Below are positions 11,920-24,097 of a stretch of DNA of 59,527 nucleotides, one piece after another. The first letter of the stretch is position 1, and the number at the start of each line of letters is the position of its first letter. The translations under genes and the position numbers were made by a program. Where the stretch lies: contig NC_068982.1 in NCBI RefSeq assembly GCF_001194135.2, positions 45,947,888-46,007,414 on the forward strand, in the 5' to 3' direction. Source of the stretch: Octopus bimaculoides. Lineage: Eukaryota. Below the pieces are notes generated by a model. That model was not told the origin of the DNA, ran no database searches, and worked only from the letters and a program-made list of their open reading frames with translations.

Positions 11920-12681
11920 ATATATATAACTTAATTGGAAATGTATGTGTGGCGTTTATCTTAATAATTAGGATGCCCACACTTATTCACTTTTCTGTCT
12001 ATCGTCCTCTCTTGTTCTTCTTCCTTTCTGTTTTTCTCTCTCACCCTTTCCCTATTCTTCTCCTTTCCCCTTGACCATTCCCTCTCTCTCTCACTCTTCC
12101 TCCTTGACTCTCTCATTGCTCACACGTGACCAACGGCCATTCTTTCTTTCTTCCACTTCCTTCCTAAAGACAAGACGTGCTTTTAAATGTCTCTTCTCAA
12201 AGCTCGTTTTTCCAGCGTTCACCACTTCACATCGTCTTGGCTTAACAGCCCTCACCGTTTGTTTTTACTGTTTTGTTCTCACTGTCCTGTTTTTGTTACC
12301 ACTTTCCGCAAAAAATCCCAAATTTTATTTAATTTGCTTTGCGAGTAGGACTGTTTTAACGCAGTCGTGTCTTGTCGTTACCTTCGAAACGCGGAGTAGA
12401 TAAAACAGGGGACAACTGATGAAGGAAATGTTCTTTATGTTGCATGTCTCGTTTCTCTGTTTGTTTTTCCGCTGTTCGAAAAAAGTTCGTTTTCTATGTT
12501 TTTGTATTTTATGTTCTCGTTTCTCATTCTGTCTACGTTTTTTGATGTCCTGTACCCTTATATGCATGTATACATACATATATATATATATGTAGGTATG
12601 TATGCATGTATGCACACACACACACACATATATATGTATACATATACACATACATGCATATAATATATATATATATATATA

Positions 12682-12731
12682 CTGAGGATGATAAATTGAA
12701 TATTAATTTCAATTTAAAACCAGTGGTCTAG
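12682..12731 (+). ncRNA. Degenerate hammerhead-like motif
   Basis: CTGAGGA-tgat-AAATTGAA tattaat TTCAATTT-AAAA(instead of GAAA)-CCA g TGG-TC-tag. Confidence 0.35.
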
Positions 12732-12808
12732 CATATAAATAAATCTAATAATTCAGAAAAATTGTATTACATGCGTATAAGAAGGGATGACCACTAGGTG
12801 GACATACA

Positions 12809-12865
<57 letters not shown>

Positions 12866-14024
12866 CACACATTGCATAATATAATCCAAACTACATGTTT
12901 GAAGATAAGACGGAATAGTCATAACTCGAATGTCTTTATTCGTTGGTGGGATCGCTTAATTATGGCTATCGTAGGTTGAGACATCAACAATTACAAAGAT
13001 GACAATGATGTTGACGCTAAGTAAATAATTATTTCTGACAAAGTCACAAAACCACAAAGGTTAGAGAAGAGATAAGACAATAGACCAACAGTATTATTTG
13101 ACAGGCACATATCATATAGAAGGCAAGGAGGATTAATATTTGGTCAGCCCCAGCGGGGTGTGTATTAAGAAGATCGTGTCTGCTCAAACGATGTTTGCCA
13201 ATCTATGGCAACTAAAGGAAATCCGAAAGCAATATCACATTACGGCCGAACACATTTCTTTTTACTTTTAGTCAGGAAGGAAGGGAATGCAGCTCCTTAT
13301 AAGACCTCTAAAACTGTAGGAGAAAGAGGGCGCGGTATTATCAAATCGAATACTCAGTTCAAATGCTTACAATGGAGTGTACTCTTTTAAGAGCACCCAA
13401 ATTGACAGGTACTGGAGCTATACGAAACCACAGATTAAAGCCTAAGTGGTCCACTACGGGGTTTGAAATCAGAACGCAAGGAAAAACTCAGAGCATGTAC
13501 CGCAAGGCATCCGTTTCGACGGAAGTGTCATGAGGGCTGTCTACTCGGATAACTAAGCCAACAGCAATCCAGATATTATGAAAATATCTATAATGCAGAG
13601 AAAATAAAGGGAGAGGCAGAGAAAAAGTACAAGGAATAACAGATATATATATATATATATATATATATAAAGAATATGTGAAATAATTAGATTAGATTGT
13701 TTCATTTTATTGACTCTGAATGAATGAAAGACAAAGAGAGAGATACGCGGGAAAGAAAGAGATGGTTAGGAAAAAAAAACTGAAAGATTTAGATATATGT
13801 AAAGGGAAAAAGGATGTGAAATATGAGGTAGTCGGAGTGGTACATTTTATCAACTCTGTAAATTTGAAAACCGAAGCTGGCCTGAGTAGGATTTGAACTC
13901 AGAGAGACGAAACAATATCTTGAGGTATTTTATTCTATAATCTGTCTTTGCCATTTGACTGCCTTTCTGTGATAGACAACAATGATACTTCAAAGAAACT
14001 TTTCCCAATATCTAAGATCTGTGT

Positions 14025-14405
14025 GTGGAGGCGCAATGGCCCAGTGGTTAGGGCAACGGACTCGCGGTTATAGGATCACGGTTTCGATTCCCAGACCGGG
14101 CATTGTGAGTGTTTATTGAGCGAAAACACCTAGAGCTCCACGAGGCTCCGGCAGGGGATGGTGACAAACCCTGCTGTACTCTTCCACCACAACTTTCTCT
14201 CACTCTTGCTTCCTGTTTCTGTTGTGCCTGTAATTCAAAGGATCAGCCTTGTCACACTGTCACGCTGAATATCCTCTAGAACTACGTTCAGGGTACACGT
14301 GTCTGTGGAGTGCTCGGCCACTTGCACGTTAATTTCACGAGCAGGCTGTTCCGTTGATCGGATCAACTGGAACCCTCGACGTCGTAAGCGACGGAGTGCC
14401 AACAA
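14025..14405 (+). mobile_element. Family C tRNA-derived SINE, full length, 11-bp TSD
   Basis: A box TGGCCCAGTGG at 14037, B box GTTTCGATTCCC at 14081, CAA tail, TSD aagatctgtgt at 14014-14024 and 14406-14416. Confidence 0.92.
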
Positions 14406-15031
14406 AAGATCTGTGTAAATAGCATTGAATTTGTAGTGTCGTTAGAACGTCTGACAGTCTTGCGAAGGCTTTAAGTAAGCGTTCAAATGTACCAGCGAAT
14501 CATATTTAATGTCTATACACCAACCGCTAGGAGTAGGATGCATAGAAATGTTCAAGTCCTATGCCAATATATAAACAAGGTTTCCATATTTTACGTGGGT
14601 AAGAGGAAGGAAAAGTTAATTACGTATATCGACCTCAATACTCGACTGGTACTTTATTTCATCGACGCTGGAATGACGAAAAGCAAAGTTGACCTCAGAA
14701 ACAATTGAACTGGAATCGGAAGGAGACATAAGAAAGAAGATATTCATAAGATACAAATTATTCTGCATTTATTTTAAATTTCAAAGTTCAAATGTCATTA
14801 TTTAAAAACAAATATTTCTTTCTTTCCATTTAACGCAAAATGTCAGAAATTTTATGGGATGCCTTAGCTGGAAACGAAATAATAAATATTTACTTAGTAT
14901 TGTTTATAATAGCTTATTGGTCATCATCATTGTGTCATAAGGACTGTCTAGTGAGGTCACTACGCCAGTATCAATCAAAACAGCATTAAAATATCAATAC
15001 CATACAGGAGAGAGAGAGAGAGAGAGAGAGG

Positions 15032-15072
<41 letters not shown>

Positions 15073-15220
15073 GAGAATAGACAGATTGGAAGGAAGATAT
15101 ACAGAGAGGAAGAATGTGTAAGAGTCTGTAAATCAAATATTTAGACAGAGCAAATTATTATACCTACAACTAAGAAGTGATAACTATGCGTGTGTGCATG
15201 TGTGTGTGTGTGCATGTGTG

Positions 15221-15258
<38 letters not shown>

Positions 15259-15573
15259 TGAGTGTTTGCGTGTGTGTGTGTGTACGTGTNNNNNNNNNNT
15301 GTGTGTGTGTGTGAGTGAGTGTTTGCGTGTGTGTGTGTGTACGTGTGCGCGTGTTTGGGGGTGGGATTTGTTGGTGAAGAATTCCTGGTGCTTTAGCGAG
15401 AGTATGAAATTTTATAAATCAAAGTCGTACCGAATTAGGGTAAATATATAACATGGATAGAAATTCCCTTTTCAGTTTCTCGTAAATATGAGAAATTTAT
15501 ATTAAAATCTGAGTTGTTATTAGCATTCATTTTTTTGTATTAGTATATGTAGTAAGTGCAGTAAACGCGCGTA

Positions 15574-15615
<42 letters not shown>

Positions 15616-15652
15616 AAAGAATGTGAAGAAGATGGTATACTATGAGCTGGGG

Positions 15653-15850
15653 CAGGCATGGGCAACCTTTTACGAGAAGTGGGCTCTGCATGAGACAAAG
15701 CACTTTATTAAGCGGGCCGTATGAGACAAGGCTCAATATCAATTGTGCTGCATGAGACAAGGTCTATTATCAAGCGGGCCGCATTAGACAAGGCTCGTTA
15801 TCAAGTGGGCCGCGGGAGACATGGCTCATTATCAAGCGGGCCGCATTACT
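15653..15850 (+). mobile_element. hAT-like terminus with five 31-bp subterminal tandem repeats
   Basis: CAGGCATGGGCAACCTT resembles hAT termini. Units of the form gcatgagacaaggctcattatcaagcgggcc start at 15688, 15719, 15750, 15781 and 15812. Confidence 0.65.
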
Positions 15851-15966
15851 AAAAATATTCAAAGTAATCTTTTGCTAGACGTACTATGCAAAATGTCCGG
15901 CGGACGGCAGGTTGCTCATGACGGAACTCGAGTAATACTGATACAAGCAGAGTGACAGACAAGTTT

Positions 15967-16362
15967 GTTGTTGTTGTTGTTGTTGGCACTCCGTCGCTTA
16001 CGACATTGAGGGTTCCAGTTGATCCGATCAACGGAACAGCCTGATCGTGAAATTAACGTGCAAGTGGCTGAGCACTCCACAGACACGTGTACCCTTAACG
16101 TAGTTCTCGGGGATATTCAGCGTGACACAGTACGACAAGGCTGACCCTTTGAATTACAGGCACAACAGAAACAGGAAGTAAGAGTGAGAGAAAGTTGTGG
16201 TGGAAGAGTACAGCAGGGTTCACCACCATCCCCTGCCGGAGCCTCGTGGAGCTTTAGGTGTTTTCGCTCAATAAACACTCACAACGGCCGGTCTGGGAAT
16301 CGAAACCGCGATCCTATGACCACGAGTCCGCTGCCCTAACCACTGGGCTATTGCGCCTCCAC
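15967..16362 (-). mobile_element. Family C SINE, full length, about 12-bp TSD
   Basis: Reverse complement of the 14025 copy at more than 90% identity by eye. (CAA)n tail; TSD gacagacaagtt / gacagacaaatt. Confidence 0.92.
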
Positions 16363-17035
16363 GACAGACAAATTTATACAAGAAGAAAATTACATAGAAA
16401 GTGAACAGGAAGAACAAACTCAGAAACGTGCTCAGAACCGCTATCATTTCTTTTCTAAACATCTTTAAATGCACTATGCTCTTTTTAAACGAAACATCTT
16501 ACATTAAAACTTTCACATACGAACAGAGTTATGAAATATCACCGAAAGAGTCATAAAATATGAAGAGAAATTAAATTGGCAAGTGAAAACGAAAAAAGCG
16601 ACACGATGTATTAATGTTACATGCTGGGAAATTCTTAAAATAGATTAAATCAAAATATTCTGTCGAAACATTAGTCTCTTTGGATATCAAGCATATTATT
16701 TTATTCCTTGACTGATATCTCGCTGAACTGCATCTAAGCATTACAATGACATATCAAGAATTTTAGTTGACATTACCGATCCTGTACATATGTATGTTAT
16801 CGTCTTCGGAAATAAGGAAACCCAGAGACAAAGTATCCTGAGCAGGATTTAATCTTTGAATGTGAATGGAGATAACCAGTGAAAGCAATATATTTTGTCT
16901 CACGCTCTACTGAATTAAGGTGAAAAGATTGGTGTAATAACAACTTGGAATTTATAAAAGATATTGTGGCTTTCGGTCTAGTGCTTTCCCATATTATTAA
17001 TTATTACTTGGGGGGGGGGGGTATATCATATTAAG

Positions 17036-17180
17036 TGAAGGCGTATGGCTCAGTGGTTAGAGCGTCGGGCTGACAATCATTAGATAGTGAGTACGATTCC
17101 CAGACCAAACTGTGTTGTGTTCTTGAGCAAGACAATTTACTTCATGTTACTTCAGTTCACTCTGCGCTGTAGAAATAAGT
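17036..17180 (+). mobile_element. Family D SINE head, truncated by assembly gap
   Basis: gtgaaggcgtatggctcagtggttagagcgtcgggc...gttgtgttcttgagcaagaca. Confidence 0.8.
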
Positions 17181-17939
17181 NNNNNNNNNNNNNNNNNNNN
17201 NNNNNNNNNNNNNNNNNNNNNNNNNNNNNNNNNNNNNNNNNNNNNNNNNNNNNNNNNNNNNNNNNNNNNNNNNNNNNNNNNNNNNNNNNNNNNNNNNNNN
17301 NNNNNNNNNNNNNNNNNNNNNNNNNNNNNNNNNNNNNNNNNNNNNNNNNNNNNNNNNNNNNNNNNNNNNNNNNNNNNNNNNNNNNNNNNNNNNNNNNNNN
17401 NNNNNNNNNNNNNNNNNNNNNNNNNNNNNNNNNNNNNNNNNNNNNNNNNNNNNNNNNNNNNNNNNNNNNNNNNNNNNNNNNNNNNNNNNNNNNNNNNNNN
17501 NNNNNNNNNNNNNNNNNNNNNNNNNNNNNNNNNNNNNNNNNNNNNNNNNNNNNNNNNNNNNNNNNNNNNNNNNNNNNNNNNNNNNNNNNNNNNNNNNNNN
17601 NNNNNNNNNNNNNNNNNNNNNNNNNNNNNNNNNNNNNNNNNNNNNNNNNNNNNNNNNNNNNNNNNNNNNNNNNNNNNNNNNNNNNNNNNNNNNNNNNNNN
17701 NNNNNCCTAGTTTATTTTTTAAATAGGAGTAAACAAAAGAACACTGATTGTGACACGGTGAGGGAACAAACAAACAGACACGCACGCACATATACATATG
17801 TATATGACGGGCTTCAATACAGTTTCCATCTGCCAAATTTGTCCACAATGCATTGATCGTTCCAGAATACGATATTTTTGTGGGGTAGAGTCTAGTCGAT
17901 TATATCGACTCAAAAATTTGGGTTGTACTTAATTTATTA

Positions 17940-18285
17940 TTTTTCTACTCTAGGCACAAGGCCTGAAATTTTGGAGGAGGGTGCCAGTGGATTGGATCGA
18001 CCCCAGTGCGTAACTGGTACTTAATCTATCGACCCCCAAAAAGATGAACCTCGAAAAGTCAACCTCGGCATAATTTGAACTCAGAACGTAAAGACAGGCG
18101 AAATACCGCTAAGCATTTCGCACGGCATGCTAACGTTTCTGCCAGCTTGTACTTAATTTATTGACACCAGAAGGGTATAAGGCAAAGTAGACTTCGGTGG
18201 GATGTGAAATCAACGAAAAAAATTAGAAGAAATACCGCTAAGCATTTTGCTCGATGTGTTGGTGATTCTGCTGGCAACACGCATT
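17940..18285 (-). mobile_element. Family B SINE plus an adjacent partial second copy
   Basis: Plus-strand text ttttctactctaggcacaaggcc...gaactcagaacgtaaagacaggcgaaataccgctaagcatttcg; the internal part repeats at 18150-18285. Confidence 0.85.
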
Positions 18286-18480
18286 GCATGTCTTCGAAAA
18301 AGGATAAAGAGATATACAGAAAATGAGAGTCGAAGAATGACAAGAATCTACTCCAGTTCAAGGAAGGTGCTTTAATCATCGATCTGGAAATGAAGAAATG
18401 CAAAGCTGACCGCTGGGAGATTCGACCTCACGGTGTAGAACACCATAACGATTGATGCAATGATTTTGACAACTGGCCGT

Positions 18481-18520
<40 letters not shown>

Positions 18521-19005
18521 NNNNNNNNNNNNNNNNNNNNNNNNNNNNNNNNNNNNNNNNNNNNNNNNNNNNNNNNNNNNNNNNNNNNNNNNNNNNNNNN
18601 NNNNNNNNNNNNNNNNNNNNNNNNNNNNNNNNNNNNNNNNNNNNNNNNNNNNNNNNNNNNNNNNNNNNNNNNNNNNNNNNNNNNNNNNNNNNNNNNNNNN
18701 NNNNNNNNNNNNNNNNNNNNNNNNNNNNNNNNNNNNNNNNNNNNNNNNNNNNNNNNNNNNNNNNNNNNNNNNNNNNNNNNNNNNNNNNNNNNNNNNNNNN
18801 NNNNNNNNNNNNNNNNNNNNNNNNNNNNNNNNNNNNNNNNNNNNNNNNNNNNNNNNNNNNNNNNNNNNNNNNNNNNNNNNNNNNNNNNNNNNNNNNNNNN
18901 NNNNNNNNTATATATATATATATATATATATTGCCCCAGCATGGCCGCAGCTCTCAAGCTGAAACTAGTTACATGTACGTAACTACACACACAAGTACAC
19001 ACATT

Positions 19006-19352
19006 ATGGCTGTGTAGTGAGAAGCTTGTTTCCCAACCACATGGTTCCAGGTTCAATCCCACTGCATGACACCTTTAACAAGTGTCCTCTACTATAAGCC
19101 TCGGGGCGACCAAAGCCTTGTGAATGGATTTGGTAGATGGAAACTGAATGAAGCTCGTCGTTTTCCCCACCATCACTTGACAACCGATGTTGGGTGTTAA
19201 CGTCCCTGTAACATAGCGGTTCGGCTAATGAGACCGATACAATAGGTACTACACTTACAAAGAATAAGACCTGGAATCGATTCGTTCGACTAAAGGCGGT
19301 GCTCCAGCATAGCCGCAGTCGAATGACTGCAACAAGTAAGATAATAAAAGAA
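19006..19352 (+). mobile_element. Family A SINE
   Basis: Head, CORE-like block and the aaaggcggtgctccagcatagccgcagtc tail are present. Confidence 0.85.
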
Positions 19353-20752
19353 TACACACACACACACACACATACACACACACGCACACATAAACACACA
19401 GGGTGTCTCATAATGATGGGACGCATTATAAACGTATGTAGCTAAAAGTGTAGCAAGCATATTCAATTAAGAAAGTGTACAATGCATAACCATGGTATGT
19501 GTGTGCGTTTGTGCGTGCGTGTATGTGTGTGCCATGTATTCTAACTCCAAGATTCAAATTTCTGTCTATGCAATTCTATTGGGTATCCTTTTAATAATGT
19601 TCCTATATGAAATTATGTTTCAAACCATTACTATTCAAAACACGTTAATATATACAACTATTGCCTTCTTAAAATTATTAATTTCTATCTTCCTTCCGCC
19701 CTTCTATCTTGTAATACTTGTGGGACAAAATTTTAAGAAAGCTTAGCCAGTTATTTATTGCTTTACCAAAGATGTCCCCGCTAATAAACTCTCGACTTCA
19801 GTCAGGAATGCACTTTTAGGCAATTACAATTAAATTTGTGCTGTATGAATGTAAACACACATACGCATACATAGAATTGCATACATAAGTACAGACATGT
19901 GTGTGTTTGTGTGTGTGCATGTATGTGTGTGTGTGTATGCGTGTGTGTGTGTGCGTGCCCATACAGAAGTGAATATATGAATACATACACGCAGACATGT
20001 ATTTGCATTTGTGTGTATGTGTGTACCCATACAGAAGTTTGTGTGCGCATATGTGTACTATACAGAAGTGCGTGTGTCTGTGTATATATGTATGAGTATG
20101 TGTGTACATATATCTTCCTCTATACATACAAACACGCACACACTCACATATATGTACATATGTAAGCATATATGCAGATAAATGTATATAATTATCTATA
20201 TATGTGTGTATATGTGTACGTATATATATATATATATATATATNNNNNNNNNNNNNNNNNNNNNNNNNNNNNNNNNNNNNNNNNNNNNNNNNNNNNNNNN
20301 NNNNNNNNNNNNNNNNNNNNNNNNNNNNNNNNNNNNNNNNNNNNNNNNNNNNNNNNNNNNNNNNNNNNNNNNNNNNNNNNNNNNNNNNNNNNNNNNNNNN
20401 NNNNNNNNNNNNNNNNNNNNNNNNNNNNNNNNNNNNNNNNNNNNNNNNNNNNNNNNNNNNNNNNNNNNNNNNNNNNNNNNNNNNNNNNNNNNNNNNNNNN
20501 NNNNNNNNNNNNNNNNNNNNNNNNNNNNNNNNNNNNNNNNNNNNNNNNNNNNNNNNNNNNNNNNNNNNNNNNNNNNNNNNNNNNNNNNNNNNNNNNNNNN
20601 NNNNNNNNNNNNNNNNNNNNNNNNNNNNNNNNNNNNNNNNNNNNNNNNNNNNNNNNNNNNNNNNNNNNNNNNNNNNNNNNNNNNNNNNNNNNNNNNNNNN
20701 NNNNNNNNNNNNNNNNNNNNNNNNNNNNNNNNNNNNNNNNNNNNNNNNNNNN

Positions 20753-20787
<35 letters not shown>

Positions 20788-21390
20788 TACACACACACAC
20801 ACATTCAGACAAAGAGACATATAAACAAATCTACATATATATAACTATATACGCTCACATAGAAATGTGTGCACGCGCGTGTGTGCGCGTGTGTGTGTGT
20901 GTGTTTCTACACGTATGTATACAAGGGCATGTAAATCGAAACTTCTCTTAGGATTCTTATATCAAACCCTTGTTGCTTTGGAGTGTTACGTAGGAGGCCA
21001 TATATATTTACGTGTCTGAAATAATCATGTCAAAATATATTAACTAAATTATTCATAGCCAATGAGATTTTGTTTTCCAAATACAATTTGTGAAATTCTT
21101 CTGTTGAAGCATTTTACAAATTATATTGTAATTTTACAATTTGTTTACCTCCCAATCTATATTTCTTTTTGTGCCTTCTGTTACGGTCCGTATGTGTGTC
21201 ATTTCAGCGTTGAAATATTTATATTGACAATATCTTCAATCAAGTATATAAGTGTACTGCCACACTTGAAAACCGAAAGGAAAATCAGCCATCATTATTA
21301 TATATATTAATGTAAAAGATGATGTGGCAGAAAATTAGAGAGATTATATTCGTGATCTGATTCAAAATTTTGTTTGAGTTGAGTTTAAGC

Positions 21391-21733
21391 CAGTAGTTCT
21401 CAACCAGGGTCCACATGGCTCCTAAAGGTCCATATAAGATTTTCGGGTGTCCACGCGTCAAAAATGTAAACCGAGGATCAATAATAGTACTTTAAGGGTC
21501 CCTGATGAAATTTTGATTTAGATGTGTGCATTGGTATATATTGCCAGAAACAGCTCTAACATTTATTATAGTTCAACCTACACAAGTTAATGTGTGAGAA
21601 AAAAAAAAAAGGATTTTGAATGAAGCTTCAATAAAACTAGTGTTTAAACATCAAATGGCTATGGGGATCCACCAGAATAAAATGGTAATCAAAGGGGTCC
21701 ATAATTTTTTTAAAAAATGGTTGAGAACCCCTG
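21391..21733. mobile_element. hAT (Charlie-like) MITE
   Basis: TIRs cagtagttctcaacc / ggttgagaacccctg with subterminal gggtcc motifs. No clean 8-bp TSD. Confidence 0.7.
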
Positions 21734-22081
21734 AAGCAGTTTCTGCATATGACATCTAGAAGTTAGAGCCAAGCCAAGCATCAGGAAACATAAATCGACA
21801 TAGTTGTTCCAATCAAGTCCTATGAGTTCTATGTTAACGTGCTTCTGTTATTGTAATGTTGTTGTTTAGTCCCAGATAAATTCAAATCGAGTAGACGTCT
21901 TCTTGAAGACTTCAAGCGGTAAACTATCTTGTGTTCCCTCCTGTGTGAAGCCATCCGAGGATCATACTGTCCAACTTAAATTTATTTGTTAAGCCGTGTG
22001 GTCTGATTTAAGGAAGACTTGGCTTCTGTTTTTGGAAAGTTCAGTAACTACCTAATGGTCCTATCAATGGGTCATTATAAA

Positions 22082-22251
22082 CTGCAACGTAGCTGGTGGT
22101 GGTGTGTGTGTGAATGAGGGTGGAGATTGGGGGCGGTCCGCCCCCGGTGACACTTTTCTTCTGGGCCAACTGTATAAGATTATATAAGCTCGGTGGCCCG
22201 TTGATGGGGGCAGCAAGCTCAAGGGTGGCACACACTTTAGCAACGTTACTG
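22082..22251. mobile_element. Small degenerate DNA-transposon remnant
   Basis: Imperfect TIRs ctgcaacgtagct / agcaacgttactg and a GC palindrome gggggcggtccgccccc followed by ggtgacac. GC-rich against AT-rich flanks. Confidence 0.4.
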
Positions 22252-22892
22252 ATTAGAAGACGGNNNNNNNNNNNNNNNNNNNNNNNNNNNNNNNNNNNNN
22301 NNNNNNNNNNNNNNNNNNNNNNNNNNNNNNNNNNNNNNNNNNNNNNNNNNNNNNNNNNNNNNNNNNNNNNNNNNNNNNNNNNNNNNNNNNNNNNNNNNNN
22401 NNNNNNNNNNNNNNNNNNNNNNNNNNNNNNNNNNNNNNNNNNNNNNNNNNNNNNNNNNNNNNNNNNNNNNNNNNNNNNNNNNNNNNNNNNNNNNNNNNNN
22501 NNNNNNNNNNNNNNNNNNNNNNNNNNNNNNNNNNNNNNNNNNNNNNNNNNNNNNNNNNNNNNNNNNNNNNNNNNNNNNNNNNNNNNNNNNNNNNNNNNNN
22601 NNNNNNNNNNNNNNNNNNNNNNNNNNNNNNNNNNNNNNNNNNNNNNNNNNNNNNNNNNNNNNNNNNNNNNNNNNNNNNNNNNNNNNNNNNNNNNNNNNNN
22701 NNNNNNNNNNNNNNNNNNNNNNNNNNNNNNNNNNNNNNNNNNNNNNNNNNNNNNNNNNNNNNNNNNNNNNNNNNNNNNNNNNNNNNNNNNNNNNNNNNNN
22801 NNNNNNNNNNNNNNNNNNNNNNNNNNNNNNNNNNNNNNNNNNNNNNNNNNNNNNNNNNNNNNNNNNNNNNNNNNNNNNNNNNNNNNNNNNNN

Positions 22893-22924
<32 letters not shown>

Positions 22925-23560
22925 CCGACAGACAGACTGTTTACTGGGTGCTAAAATAACTAATGCAGTGAACCAGAAATTGGTTCTTAATAATAATTTT
23001 TTTTTAATTATGCACAAGGACCTTCAGTATTTATTGATGCTTCTTAGCTTTCAAAGTTCACAATATTCTGGGTCTTATTTCTCCACCTATCCATTTTCAG
23101 ATAGAAAATATATAAGGATCAAACTGACCGACTACTAAACATTCTTTACAAAACATGACTGCTTGTGAGAAACAAATCAATGTGGAAATTATGATATCGA
23201 TATACGGTAAATTGCTAGCTCGTAGAGGCCACAGACTGAGTGTACTGTGCAGGCCAACCATTGTTTTATGAGGTTGCGTGCCATGTTAACATTAACCTAT
23301 CTCATACGATTGACGTAAACCAGCTATAAACCCTTCCAGAGTAAACTCTTATAAGAGTGCCATAAATATCTCCTCGTGACTCATCGAGTGATACAAAAAG
23401 CTAAGAAAGGCCATACTAACCATAAACAAAGAAACAAACTTCAAACTAAAAAGGATGTATATACATGGTTACACGACCTGTTAGAAGTAGCAACCAAATC
23501 ATTCTCTCAAATTACACTATCTTTTAAAAAACGGTAGAAGGATACATTTTATGATGTATT

Positions 23561-23712
23561 CTTTTCTACTCTAAGCACAAGGCCCGAATTTTTGGGGGAG
23601 GAGGCCAGTTGATTAGATCGATTCCAGTACGCAAGTGGTACTTAATTTATCGACTCCGAAAGGATGAAAGGCAAAGTCGACCTCGGCGGAATTTGAACTC
23701 AGAACGTAAAGA
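23561..23712 (-). mobile_element. Family B SINE, 5'-truncated
   Basis: cttttctactctaagcacaaggcccgaa...gtcgacctcggcggaatttgaactcagaacg. Confidence 0.85.
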
Positions 23713-23781
23713 TAGATTTTATGATATATTCTGAGATTTAATATGTCTGAAGTGGCGGTTTTGTATAATTAGTATGCTTTA

Positions 23782-24097
23782 GTGAAAGCGCATGGCTCAG
23801 TGGTTAGAGCATCGGGCTCACAATCATGAGGTTCTGAATTTGATTCTCGGACTGAGCTGTGTTGTGTTCTTGAGCAAGACACTTTATTTCACGTAACTCC
23901 AGTTCACTCATCTGTAGAAATGAGTTGCGACGTCACTGGTGCCAAACTATATCGGCCTTTGTCTTTCCCTTGGATAACATCGGTGGTCTGGAGAGAGGGA
24001 AGCTGGCATGCTTAGGCGACTGCTGGCCGGGCTTGTGCCTCGGAGGGAAACTTTCTAGGTGCGATCCCATGGTCATTCACGACCGAAGGGGTCTCAT
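23782..24097 (+). mobile_element. Family D SINE, full length
   Basis: tRNA-like head gcgcatggctcagtggttagagc; the body is shared with 29925-30250. Confidence 0.85.

Noticed and set aside
14025-14100. tRNA gene-like A/B boxes here and at other SINE heads
   Set aside because: They are SINE heads with TSDs and tails; no complete cloverleaf is evident.
15257-15345. Direct repeat flanking a 10-N gap
   Set aside because: Identical sequence on both sides of a nominal gap indicates a contig-overlap artefact.
15688-15842. CRISPR-like appearance of the 31-bp units
   Set aside because: The units are contiguous with no unique spacers, the context is eukaryotic, and there are no cas genes.
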